Below the pieces are notes generated by a model that saw only the letters and a list, made by a program, of their open reading frames with translations, was not told the DNA's origin and made no database searches. This document shows, piece after piece, positions 41,704 through 50,885 of a stretch of 64,000 bases of DNA (position 1 is its first letter; the number at the start of each line of letters is the position of its first letter). The position numbers were made by a program, and so were the translations under genes. Source of the DNA: a virus; IMG/VR virus record IMGVR_UViG_3300028800_000059, positions 32,001-96,000 of that record, one strand, 5' to 3'.

Positions 41704-43050
41704 TTATCCCTGTTTCATTTCGTAGCCAATAAGTCCGTAGTTTGCCGTCACGTCTTCGATAGCTGATTTATTACCAACGAAACGAATTCGAGCCTTGGCC
41801 GAGGCTGTCAAGTCAATATGGACTTTACCTTTACGCCACTTCAATATATTTAGATTTGCCTGCCAGTAATAAGTCCCAGACAAGATGTTCAAACACTGTT
41901 CGATAGACGTTTTATCCTTGTTCAAAAGCACGGCTGTATATCGCGAAAAGAATGCTGTTACGGACAGAGGAAGCTTTGCTAGGACGGCAGGCTCCACGTT
42001 TTTGAAATCTCGAATTTGTGTCAGGACTTTCACCACGTCATCATTAATATCACCCTTTCGGATGGATGTGAAAACACTCATGGCGTCCTTGATTGCTTTT
42101 GGTCCTGAGCCTTTTGGTATCTTTAGAATTTCACGTAGGCCATAATTGTAGATGATATCCTTGGCTCGTTTGCCTACCTTCAAGTCTGCCTCGGTTACTC
42201 CAATTTCATCGGCAATGGCCAGCAGGTCACGAAACACCGAAGGTTTGAAACGTTCATAGTGTTTCATGCCTTTGGCCATGAGATTTGTGAACAGTGATCC
42301 TTTGGCGCCAATACCAAATTTAGATGATATGGGTAGAAGTTTACCGTCCTCAAATTCAGTCAGAGAATCAATCAATGGAAAATTAGATTGCTGAGGTATG
42401 ATGAATTTCTTGGCGCGGCCACGGACCCTTGGCATTGGATGAATGTGGCGCGATGCTCGGCCAGACAAAAACAGAAGTCCGGGAAGAAGTTCTCCAATGG
42501 CCACGCCGTATCTGTTTATTTCATCAGGAGTTGTTTCGGAGGTCCAAGGAATATTAACATAACCATTTCGGAAAAAAGCCTGAAAGGCTTTCTGGGCCGC
42601 GTCTCTGTTTTTGCCTTCGGCATAGGCCAGACCTTTGAGAATGGATTGTTGAAGCGTCGTATGACTGGTGAATTCCAGAACTGGAACTTCACGATCAATA
42701 TACACAATGTTTTGTTTTTTGCCCAAGGAAGCAAAGGTGATGGCCGTGGCGGTTTCAAGATGTGTCGAAATATCTTTCTGGCTTGGCTTGGCAACGTATC
42801 GTTCGGGAATAAGACCAAGGGCCGGCTTTCTATTTTTTCCTAGAAATCTGACACTGTACCAAGGATTATAGGTTTTCATAGGAAGAACCGAAATATGATG
42901 GCCATCCTTCACGGTATGAATGACGTGTCTTCGATCCATGGACATGATGTTGACACGCTCGTTTGGCTGCGCCTTGACTCTGGTATCTATAATTCCTTTA
43001 TTGGCAAACGTACCCTGCCATTTGCCTATGCCCGCCGATGCTGTTGTCAT
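41704..43050 (-). CDS. Late protein with a possible restriction-endonuclease-like (PD-(D/E)xK variant) domain
   Basis: GELLPG, P...NFPLIDS......L.ISSK.G.G; CTAAATA 5 nt upstream. Confidence 0.5.
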   Translation of the reverse strand: MTTASAGIGKWQGTFANKGIIDTRVKAQPNERVNIMSMDRRHVIHTVKDGHHISVLPMKTYNPWYSVRFLGKNRKPALGLIPERYVAKPSQKDISTHLETATAITFASLGKKQNIVYIDREVPVLEFTSHTTLQQSILKGLAYAEGKNRDAAQKAFQAFFRNGYVNIPWTSETTPDEINRYGVAIGELLPGLLFLSGRASRHIHPMPRVRGRAKKFIIPQQSNFPLIDSLTEFEDGKLLPISSKFGIGAKGSLFTNLMAKGMKHYERFKPSVFRDLLAIADEIGVTEADLKVGKRAKDIIYNYGLREILKIPKGSGPKAIKDAMSVFTSIRKGDINDDVVKVLTQIRDFKNVEPAVLAKLPLSVTAFFSRYTAVLLNKDKTSIEQCLNILSGTYYWQANLNILKWRKGKVHIDLTASAKARIRFVGNKSAIEDVTANYGLIGYEMKQG

Positions 43051-43070
43051 GGAGATATTTAGAAGCAACA

Positions 43071-43098
43071 AAAAACCCCGTCAGTGGACAGGGTTTTT
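43071..43098 (-). terminator. Bidirectional-type intrinsic terminator
   Basis: AAAAACCC...GGGTTTTT hairpin at the boundary of the late cassette. Confidence 0.7.
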
Positions 43099-43125
43099 AT
43101 GCGGAGTAACTATCTATCAGTTATT

Positions 43126-43539
43126 CTATAACGTTTTCCATTTCTTATGTTCATCCGTTGAAAATACGACATTGCGAATACCAAAGGTGGCAATCATTCG
43201 CGAACAGCCAACGCAAGGGCAAGCGTCTCCCCAAATCCACTCCTGGCTCTGGGCGCCTGGCCGTTTCACGCGAACAATATAGAGCGTCATTTTGCGAAGG
43301 TCGCGGGTCGACACCGAATGAAGCGCGTTCTGGATACAATCCGTTTCGGCGTGAAGATCAATCGCGTCTTTGTTCTTGGCAAACTTGGCCTGGAACGGAT
43401 GGCTCTTATTCTGATTATATCCAATCGCAACCACCTTGTGCCCTTTAGTCAGCATGGCGGCAACACGCGCACCACCAACCGGAGGAAGGGCTTCGGCAAT
43501 CTTTTGAAGTGTATCAAGATGGGTAGGAATGACTTTCAT
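43126..43539 (-). CDS. Zinc-dependent cytidine/dCMP deaminase family protein (start reassigned to MKVIPTH)
   Basis: LHAETDCI and ACPCVGC motifs; ATGA overlap with the upstream gene. Confidence 0.85.
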   Translation of the reverse strand: MKVIPTHLDTLQKIAEALPPVGGARVAAMLTKGHKVVAIGYNQNKSHPFQAKFAKNKDAIDLHAETDCIQNALHSVSTRDLRKMTLYIVRVKRPGAQSQEWIWGDACPCVGCSRMIATFGIRNVVFSTDEHKKWKTL

Positions 43540-44231
43540 TTCTGACCACTTATAACATAAATTACCGAACAAACCAACGACATTCCTACAAGAATGTCCA
43601 CGTAATAATGCCCGCCAATTGGAGCAACTGCCAACAAAGTGATTGTCGACCAACCATTGACGGACCAACGAATATACCAAGGCAAAACTGACGCGCCATA
43701 CACAGTAAGAGTTATCACTACCGTATGGTATGATGGGAAAAACACGAGCCCGGCATCAGGACCAATTGCAGGAATACCAAGCAATCCCTCTCGGATCAAC
43801 ATAATTTCTTGATCGACCTTTGGAAATTGATTAATCAATCCAAGAGTATGTTCGGGGCCAAGAGTAGGCAATAGAGCAAAAATCATTAACACTAAAGGTC
43901 CACATATCGCATTAGCAATCAACACTCGCCACATTTGTTCTGGCTTGAATAACGCGAGCGAAACCACGACAAACAATAAAATCAAAAACGTAGAATTATA
44001 AACGGTCTGTAGAACAAACAAAATATTCTGAGAATTCCAGACCTCATTATATATTTCTGTCCAACTTGGACCAATGATTCGATCTATCTTGACCATCATC
44101 AAATCTGCAAACGGCATTCTTGATTTGGCAGCGAAATATTGAACATACGATAAAACACTAAGGGTTGTGGCATACGATAAAACACCACAACCTAAAGTCA
44201 GAAAGACAGTGAAATATTTCTTAGCCAACAT
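43536..44231 (-). CDS. PAP2-superfamily membrane enzyme (AUR1/inositol-phosphoceramide-synthase-like)
   Basis: Multiple TM helices; FFPSYH and GGHYYVD.LVG catalytic motifs. Confidence 0.75.
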   Translation of the reverse strand: MLAKKYFTVFLTLGCGVLSYATTLSVLSYVQYFAAKSRMPFADLMMVKIDRIIGPSWTEIYNEVWNSQNILFVLQTVYNSTFLILLFVVVSLALFKPEQMWRVLIANAICGPLVLMIFALLPTLGPEHTLGLINQFPKVDQEIMLIREGLLGIPAIGPDAGLVFFPSYHTVVITLTVYGASVLPWYIRWSVNGWSTITLLAVAPIGGHYYVDILVGMSLVCSVIYVISGQK

Positions 44232-44365
44232 GGCGAAATCACACGATGGTTAAAATGAATAATCCTAACGCAACCCCAACACCAAAAATCACAAAGGAAA
44301 TAACTAAATTTCCTAGTATATCAAGATTATCGAACAGGCAGAAAAGCCGAAGCCAATAAACGATT

Positions 44366-44569
44366 TTATCTGCCATAATCATCTACTACGCCGCCAACCA
44401 ATTCTTTATAAAGCCGGCGACAATATCCTTCATCGATATTCCCTAATTTATATTTGACATAGGCCAAACACTGTTCCTCGCTGCAAGGATAAAGATTAAG
44501 ATACTGCGAAGTCAGGGCTTCGTTAGTAAAATATTCCATGTCCATCATCCAAGCCTTAACTGCGCCCAT
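44366..44569 (-). CDS. Hypothetical protein (start reassigned to MGAVKAW)
   Basis: GGAG RBS; overlaps the upstream stop. Confidence 0.5.
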   Translation of the reverse strand: MGAVKAWMMDMEYFTNEALTSQYLNLYPCSEEQCLAYVKYKLGNIDEGYCRRLYKELVGGVVDDYGR

Positions 44570-44873
44570 AGGTTTTCTCCATATAATTGTTAAGCAAACC
44601 GTTGATGTTATCCGTACCCGGACCATTGTCGCTATGAACATACCAAGTCAGATTTTTCATCGAACCAGGATGATCCAGATCATAATTCACCAGCCAATCA
44701 GCGCAATCTTTGCCGTCCATTGGCTCGCCAAGATCGTGATCGAAGCTGATAAACTCAGGCATCCCTTTCAAAGTCACAGCCCAGATAAACTCCCAGTAGT
44801 TTCGTGCAACGACCCAGTCCGACCCAACGCCGGGAGGATCGCGCTTATCGTCCAGAAAGAGTTTGTATGCCAT
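44556..44873 (-). CDS. Cyclic-phosphate-processing receiver domain protein
   Basis: LFLDDKRDP, ISFDHDLG, G.DCA.WL, YVHSDN..G. Confidence 0.8.
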   Translation of the reverse strand: MAYKLFLDDKRDPPGVGSDWVVARNYWEFIWAVTLKGMPEFISFDHDLGEPMDGKDCADWLVNYDLDHPGSMKNLTWYVHSDNGPGTDNINGLLNNYMEKTYGRS

Positions 44874-44877
44874 TTTG

Positions 44878-45192
44878 TTACCCAGTTTTATACGGCTCTC
44901 CAAGCTTTACCTTGCCGCTGCCATTCATATGAAGCGGCATGGCGAAACGATCTTCCTTAGGCGCGACACCTCGGTGCCATGGCTGAAAGAAATTGATCAC
45001 TGCCACGACAAAAAGAATCGCCTTCATAGTAAGATAATCCCTCACTGTGAGCATGTTCGATCCACACTTGGGACATTCATGCCCAATCCACATGAAGTAT
45101 GGCGCGGGCTCTAGATTCGGAATCGAATATCCGCAGCCCGGCTTGTCACACTTCAAGCCCTTCACTACATGCTTAATCTGATTACGATACAT
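44878..45192 (-). CDS. Zinc-ribbon hypothetical protein
   Basis: CDKPGC...CPKCG. Confidence 0.6.
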   Translation of the reverse strand: MYRNQIKHVVKGLKCDKPGCGYSIPNLEPAPYFMWIGHECPKCGSNMLTVRDYLTMKAILFVVAVINFFQPWHRGVAPKEDRFAMPLHMNGSGKVKLGEPYKTG

Positions 45193-45358
45193 ATTTCTCT
45201 CCCTTTCTTTCGGCTTCTTCCCAGCCAGCGGCCCAGTCGGACCATTCTGCCCAGTATTTGTTTTTCACATCATAAGGATTGTCCAGCAGATTGACGCCTT
45301 CCTTGAAGGCCTTGTATCCTTCCTGAAAAGCAACACTGCCTGTTTCATTGTAGGACAT
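45182..45358 (-). CDS. 58-aa Rmf/CrpP-fold-like protein (below the ORF-track cutoff)
   Basis: Hand translation: AFQEGYKAFKEG.....NPY......W..W..GWEEA; GGAGG RBS. Confidence 0.6.
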   Translation of the reverse strand: MSYNETGSVAFQEGYKAFKEGVNLLDNPYDVKNKYWAEWSDWAAGWEEAERKGEKYVS

Positions 45359-45361
45359 TTT

Positions 45362-45646
45362 TCATTCCTCCGTTAAAACCATCACGCGACACCCGCGCCA
45401 GAAGAAAACGATTTCGACTCCTTCTTCGTACTTCAACAGAAGGGCCGCGTCTGTCGCAAAGACAGGATGAACCGGCATCTTCCAAAGCAAGAAATTCGTC
45501 GCCAGAGGTCCCAACTGCTCGACCGTCATGGCTTGTGTCACAGATGCACGATGATTTTCCATCCCCTTTGTCACACACTGCCCAGCGGCCGCAACGTTCG
45601 CGACCAGACACAAGGCACAAACAGCGAGGAGAAACATCTTTTTCAT
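45362..45646 (-). CDS. Exported hypothetical protein
   Basis: Signal peptide MKKMFLLAVCALCLVANVAAA. Confidence 0.55.
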   Translation of the reverse strand: MKKMFLLAVCALCLVANVAAAGQCVTKGMENHRASVTQAMTVEQLGPLATNFLLWKMPVHPVFATDAALLLKYEEGVEIVFFWRGCRVMVLTEE

Positions 45647-45732
45647 ATCTATAATATACGCTTTTAGTGATAGGAATACGACAAAAAAGAAGGACTTAAA
45701 ATTGCGTTGTTAGATGTGTCTGGGTAATAAAA

Positions 45733-46887
45733 TTACTCTTGGAAAAATCCCTCTAACGTCGCATATTCGCTTGATTGTCCAATACGATTTTGTGCTATCT
45801 TGAAATATTTGGGTTCGGCTTCGATGCCATGAAAAATCCAACCGCCATTCTTTGCAGCGATGCCCGTTGATCCAGAGCCCATGAAAGGGTCTAGAACAGA
45901 ACCGCCTTTTGGCGTGACCAGAGTTATGAGATAGCGCATTAGGTCTACTGGCTTGACAGTGGGATGGGTATTTTCTTCGCCACGTTCTTTCTTGGAAACT
46001 TTGGATGAATAGAAAAATCTTGCTGCGGAACCATCATCATTATACGATTCAAAATCAGCACGTTTAGCTACAGTCGAATGAGTAAATCCCTTTGTCATTG
46101 GCTGCCCACCAACCACTTTACCAGATTTGCTCTCTGGAAAATTTTCTAACACTTCCTCGGATCCATCATGGATCACATTGGCAGGCCAACGGCCAGAAGG
46201 AATTTCATATCGATGTTCTTTTGTATTACCAAAAATTGATCGACCACCAGAGGTTTTCACATGAGAACGTAAATGTGTGTTTTGGGCAAGTGTGCCATTT
46301 TCAATTGTAACATGAGAAATTCGACATTCATCTATGTTCAATCCACCAGTTCCATGTTTAAGAACATTCCCTGCCACTGTGTTTTCAGAAAGAGGCTTGC
46401 GAGCCAACACAATGGGCTCTACTGCGGGCTTCAACGCGGTACCCCAACCATCACCCACTTTATGACTTTTAGGAAACCCTGTGCCATACAACCACATGAT
46501 TGTGTCGCGTATTTCAAATCCTGCGTCCTCTATTGCACAAGCCATTCTATGAAAAGTTCTAGTTCCACCAAAAGCCAAGACATGTCCGCCTGGTTTTAGA
46601 ACCTGAAAAACTAATTCCCAGGTTTCTTTGCGAAAAGCAATATCCCCACCATCCCAAGTTTGTCCCATGAAGCCTTTAGAAAGCCTCGCGTAGTTATTCG
46701 ATCCTGCCTTGGCAGCCTTGCCAGTTTTGTTGTCGTCATCCTGAGACGTTCCTTTGAAGCGCGAAACAATCGATGTAAGATGATACGGCGGGTCGGTCAC
46801 CACAGAGTCAACCTGGATGCCTTTGGCGATCATGTCCTTCATGACCTTCAAGCAATCGCCTTCATAAAGATTTATCTGATTATCCAT
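45733..46887 (-). CDS. DNA N6-adenine/N4-cytosine methyltransferase, beta class
   Basis: VTDPPY precedes HPTVKP..LM..L and VLDPFMGSGSTG. Confidence 0.92.
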   Translation of the reverse strand: MDNQINLYEGDCLKVMKDMIAKGIQVDSVVTDPPYHLTSIVSRFKGTSQDDDNKTGKAAKAGSNNYARLSKGFMGQTWDGGDIAFRKETWELVFQVLKPGGHVLAFGGTRTFHRMACAIEDAGFEIRDTIMWLYGTGFPKSHKVGDGWGTALKPAVEPIVLARKPLSENTVAGNVLKHGTGGLNIDECRISHVTIENGTLAQNTHLRSHVKTSGGRSIFGNTKEHRYEIPSGRWPANVIHDGSEEVLENFPESKSGKVVGGQPMTKGFTHSTVAKRADFESYNDDGSAARFFYSSKVSKKERGEENTHPTVKPVDLMRYLITLVTPKGGSVLDPFMGSGSTGIAAKNGGWIFHGIEAEPKYFKIAQNRIGQSSEYATLEGFFQE

Positions 46888-47128
46888 TGGACTTATCTTT
46901 TCGGTCAACAAGAAGTTTGACGACCAAATTTTGTTGACCTAAATCTATCATACTACGCAAATTAACATTAAAAGTTTCCAAGGCACCATCAATGGCCTTG
47001 TCCACATACTGATCCATATCTTCCATAATAATTTCTTTGAGATTTTCACGAATTGTATTTACCAATCCTTTGAGCATCGCCTTCTCGGCATCTGCACCAG
47101 TAAAATCTATATTTTTAAGACTCGCCAT
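46880..47128 (-). CDS. Hypothetical protein
   Basis: GGAGG RBS; coupled to the methyltransferase gene. Confidence 0.55.
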   Translation of the reverse strand: MASLKNIDFTGADAEKAMLKGLVNTIRENLKEIIMEDMDQYVDKAIDGALETFNVNLRSMIDLGQQNLVVKLLVDRKDKSNG

Positions 47129-47469
47129 CTTTTTCCTCCATTAGAATATACGTGTGATTTCTGAGATAGAACGGAAACGCCTTTGTTTTAAGTTTGCTAT
47201 CGCAAAATTCTTCATATGACGCAAACCGTTTTGGCTTGCTACCGACCACCTTATCGTTAATTTTATATACGACTAAATTTTTCATAGTTTTTCATAATGA
47301 ACTGTTGGGAACCACTGATGGTGGACCAAGAAAAAAGTAATTCCTGGGACGGATTCCAGTCGGTCGAATATGAATTTAGCATATTCATATTCTTCATCAT
47401 GAAATTCTTTGAATGTGGCCACCTCAAATTTTTTCTTTGCATAAATGTAAATCATTTTTATTTTCCCTT

Positions 47470-47904
47470 CTATGACATAATATCATAACTAAATTCAAGG
47501 CATGGTTCGATCCAAGACTTAAACGTTCTACCATGATCTATTCGATTTGAATATCCCAATTCATCCCACATGCCTAAATATTGCCATTGAAATAAATGGA
47601 CCATTTCATGGGCAACGGTATCTAAAAATTGGGCTTTATCTACAAATTCCTTGGCGAGTTCCATATATGTTTTATGGTCGTCAAACCAATTAACAATACC
47701 AAGAATTGCTGCTTCACCATACACGAATTTCAATTTCGTTTTTTTATCCATATAATAATTTTTTGGATCGGCATATTCTCTATCCACATAACTCAAATCG
47801 TTGATGCACATCCAGGCACTTGGTCGTTCCAATCCATTGTCGAATACCTGTTTGTTGATTTTATTGAAGGCTTTATACAGAGCCATGTTTGTTGGCCTAT
47901 ACAT
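47470..47904 (-). CDS. SprT-like zinc metalloprotease domain protein
   Basis: TVAHEMVHLFQW, HGRTF..W. Confidence 0.75.
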   Translation of the reverse strand: MYRPTNMALYKAFNKINKQVFDNGLERPSAWMCINDLSYVDREYADPKNYYMDKKTKLKFVYGEAAILGIVNWFDDHKTYMELAKEFVDKAQFLDTVAHEMVHLFQWQYLGMWDELGYSNRIDHGRTFKSWIEPCLEFSYDIMS

Positions 47905-47906
47905 TT

Positions 47907-49394
47907 CTAAATCACCTTCAAATCCTTAAATCGATTGAGATTTTTTCCCATCGACGTTTGATCCATGACAATCAAATCTGGAACTTCTTCTTCACCAGGA
48001 AGCGAACCTCCACCAGTTACCACATAACTTCCAGTGAATTGTTGTTGGACCTTGTCTGAAATATCAAACAGCCGCATCTTTGATTTATCAACACCCACTA
48101 AAAATTTCTTATCCTTGGCCACATCACGATAACGATTTTTCAATTGCTTGACCATATACTGTCCAAGTTTTTCTAAATCATCGTTTGTAATAAGCGCAAT
48201 GAAGAAATCTACTGTCATTGGAAGGCCAAAGCTTTCAGATGTACCTTTCATTCCAATATCCGAATCATCAAATCCTTCGCGGTTGGTCTGTGTGGCACTC
48301 CATACTGGAAGATTATGACGCACAGCCAATCCACGCAATTCTTCGGCAATTGATTTGATGTATGTATAACTGTTGACGTTGGCGCCCATTTTCAATCGAG
48401 CCGAACACATGATGTTAAGATAATCCACCACGATTATATCTGGTTTGAATTGCTTCTTTAGAATTAACTCTTTCAACAATGAATCAATATGAATGACGGA
48501 GAATTCGGCCGTTGGATATTCCTTGATGAATATCTTTCCAACTGTTCGATTTTTTACAAGTTCTATGCGATTGTTGAAAACGTTCTTTGGAAGCGTGGCT
48601 AATTGATCCAATGGAACATTCAATAAATTAGCATCAATTCTCTCGGCAATCTTTTCTTCGCTCATTTCACCAGTGATATACAGAACATTCTTTCCTTCGT
48701 TCATCCAACCACAGGTTAGATCGCAAAGAACAAGAGTTTTGCCAACACCAGTACCACCAAGAATGACGTTTAGTGTTTTTGGAACGCAACCACCGTTTGT
48801 AATCTTGTTGAAATACGCAAGGTGAAATGGAATCTTTAATTCCTTGCGCTGATAATATTCCCAACGGTGAACCGCATCCTCGATATAATCATGACCTACA
48901 CGATTATCGAATGTTATAGAAAGAGCATCCGAAAGAAGTCCAGGAATTGATCCTTTGTCTTTCTTGCCTTCACCTCTCAAAATAGTGACAGACTCGCTCA
49001 CGGCATTATAGATTGCCTGATCCTGACAGAATTTTTCGGCACGATTGACAAGCCAAGGAACATCAGTAGGATTATCCTTGGCCTTCTTGATATCGGCCAA
49101 GAGAGCCATAGATTCCTTCACTTCGTTTTCATGTAGATTTTTGGCTTCCTTGATGCCAATGACCAATGCTTCATATGTCGGACGATTGTTGAATTTTGCT
49201 ACGAATTCGCTGATTGCCTTAAAGACAATTTTATCAGCGGCATATTCGAAATATGAATCGCGAAGGAAAGGCATGACTTTCCCTGCAAACTCTTCTGAGT
49301 AAATCAGATTTTTGAGAATGGTCGTTTCTAACCTTGTGCCCAAGGCTAGGATATTTTCAGGCGCATCAAGATTTTGTTGATTCTGATTTTCCAT
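47907..49394 (-). CDS. 41: Replicative DNA helicase (T4 gp41-like)
   Basis: GGTGVGKT, GEMSEEKIAERIDAN, IKEYPT, VDYLNIM, SATQTNREG, SESFGLP. Confidence 0.96.
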   Translation of the reverse strand: MENQNQQNLDAPENILALGTRLETTILKNLIYSEEFAGKVMPFLRDSYFEYAADKIVFKAISEFVAKFNNRPTYEALVIGIKEAKNLHENEVKESMALLADIKKAKDNPTDVPWLVNRAEKFCQDQAIYNAVSESVTILRGEGKKDKGSIPGLLSDALSITFDNRVGHDYIEDAVHRWEYYQRKELKIPFHLAYFNKITNGGCVPKTLNVILGGTGVGKTLVLCDLTCGWMNEGKNVLYITGEMSEEKIAERIDANLLNVPLDQLATLPKNVFNNRIELVKNRTVGKIFIKEYPTAEFSVIHIDSLLKELILKKQFKPDIIVVDYLNIMCSARLKMGANVNSYTYIKSIAEELRGLAVRHNLPVWSATQTNREGFDDSDIGMKGTSESFGLPMTVDFFIALITNDDLEKLGQYMVKQLKNRYRDVAKDKKFLVGVDKSKMRLFDISDKVQQQFTGSYVVTGGGSLPGEEEVPDLIVMDQTSMGKNLNRFKDLKVI

Positions 49395-49782
49395 TTTCCT
49401 CTGGCGTTGTCGGCATCAAACCGGGCTCTAATTCTTGCACGTTTTTAATCAAAATATCCATTACAATATCACCAAGCCAATTTTTGAATTCTTGATTTTC
49501 TTGAAGTTCTTTTTTAGCAATGTTTTTAGATACGTCCTTACGACATAATTTGGTCGTAAGACTATCTGGAATTTTGATTATTTCATACCCATAGGAAACT
49601 TTTGTTTCGCCTGTTTCCTCGTTGATAGGAACTATTTGAATAGAAGTGTATCCATATTCTACACCTTTCCACGGGCCAGTCAATAGCCGAATAAAACTTT
49701 GATGTGTCTGTGGTGTTAATTTAGGATCATCAAATACTGTATAGTCAACTTCGGCAACAGGAAGTTTACGATTTTTCTTCAT
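49366..49782 (-). CDS. gp40-position protein (head vertex assembly chaperone-like)
   Basis: Syntenic between uvsX and gene 41; G.WKGV.Y.Y...F..WLGDI..DIL. Confidence 0.5.
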   Translation of the reverse strand: MKKNRKLPVAEVDYTVFDDPKLTPQTHQSFIRLLTGPWKGVEYGYTSIQIVPINEETGETKVSYGYEIIKIPDSLTTKLCRKDVSKNIAKKELQENQEFKNWLGDIVMDILIKNVQELEPGLMPTTPEENGKSESTKS

Positions 49783-50845
49783 CGCTCGTTTCCTCGGTCA
49801 ACGAAGAATTGCCATATAGAAATTCATCAGGACATTTGGCGTCAATAGCATCCAGAACATCTTTGGTGTAGAACTTTTCCGGATTCTTATTGATTTCAGA
49901 TTCCTTTCCAGAAAATCCATTAGGAAAAGTATACATGGATGATGTGGCCTTTTGAACTACCCCAAATTTCACAGCAAGTTCCAGAAGTCCATAATACTTA
50001 TCCAGGCCTGTGTCGTATCGAAGAAGTGTTGTCACTGTTCTATTTTCCACACTCAAACGACTCTTCTTCAACTTGGCCTTGATAATGACGCCCTTGATTT
50101 CTTCTTGTTCCTTGAACTTCGATTTAGAAAGATAGACTGTGGTCGTGGAAGCATACTTCGATCCAGAACCACCACCTTCGTCCTTTTGATTTCCATAGGC
50201 ACCAATCAATGCATAGACGTGATTGGTCACGATCAATGGAACCTTGGCCTTGCCAAGTTTCAGATTAAGAACACGAAAGGCGCCTTTCAAGAGCGGGGCC
50301 CGCGTCATGTCTCGTTTATCACTCGCCGTCTGAATATCTTCCATTTCTTTCGAGGTCGAAAGATTGCCTAGAGAGTCTAGAACGAAAATAATTGGCTTTC
50401 TGTCTGCAACTTTTTCGGCCAGATACTTATCGAGAATTCTTGTGGATTGCGTTCTAAATTCTTCGACTGTAGAAACAGGAACCATGGCGAAACGTTTCTT
50501 GTTGATGCCACGACTTTCTAACATGCCAGAATGAATGGCACTTTCTGTTTCGAAATAGAACGCATATCCTGTTGGATTAGCCTTGAAAAATTCTCCTACG
50601 ACATTAAGGGCATAGAAGCTTTTGCCTGTCGAAGGATCACCAGCAAGCGTAGTGATTTTATTAGCCGCCACGCCACCATAGATAGAACCAGAAATAAGAG
50701 CGTTGAGGGCGTAAGAACCAGTAGAAATCCAGCCAGACACATCGCCCGTCTCAATTCCCTTTTCGACGGTCGAAGCATATTCATTCTCCAGTGATTTGAT
50801 TGCTGAATTGAAAAAATCATTATCGTCGCTTTTTGTTTTTGCCAT
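49766..50845 (-). CDS. uvsX: RecA-like recombinase UvsX
   Basis: TGSYALNALISG, AGDPSTGKSF, LDSLGNL, DMTRA, TNHVY, GGGSG..YAS. Confidence 0.96.
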   Translation of the reverse strand: MAKTKSDDNDFFNSAIKSLENEYASTVEKGIETGDVSGWISTGSYALNALISGSIYGGVAANKITTLAGDPSTGKSFYALNVVGEFFKANPTGYAFYFETESAIHSGMLESRGINKKRFAMVPVSTVEEFRTQSTRILDKYLAEKVADRKPIIFVLDSLGNLSTSKEMEDIQTASDKRDMTRAPLLKGAFRVLNLKLGKAKVPLIVTNHVYALIGAYGNQKDEGGGSGSKYASTTTVYLSKSKFKEQEEIKGVIIKAKLKKSRLSVENRTVTTLLRYDTGLDKYYGLLELAVKFGVVQKATSSMYTFPNGFSGKESEINKNPEKFYTKDVLDAIDAKCPDEFLYGNSSLTEETSDEEKS

Positions 50846-50885
50846 TTGTTATCCCTATTTTGGTTAGTTTTTAATCCTACACTAT

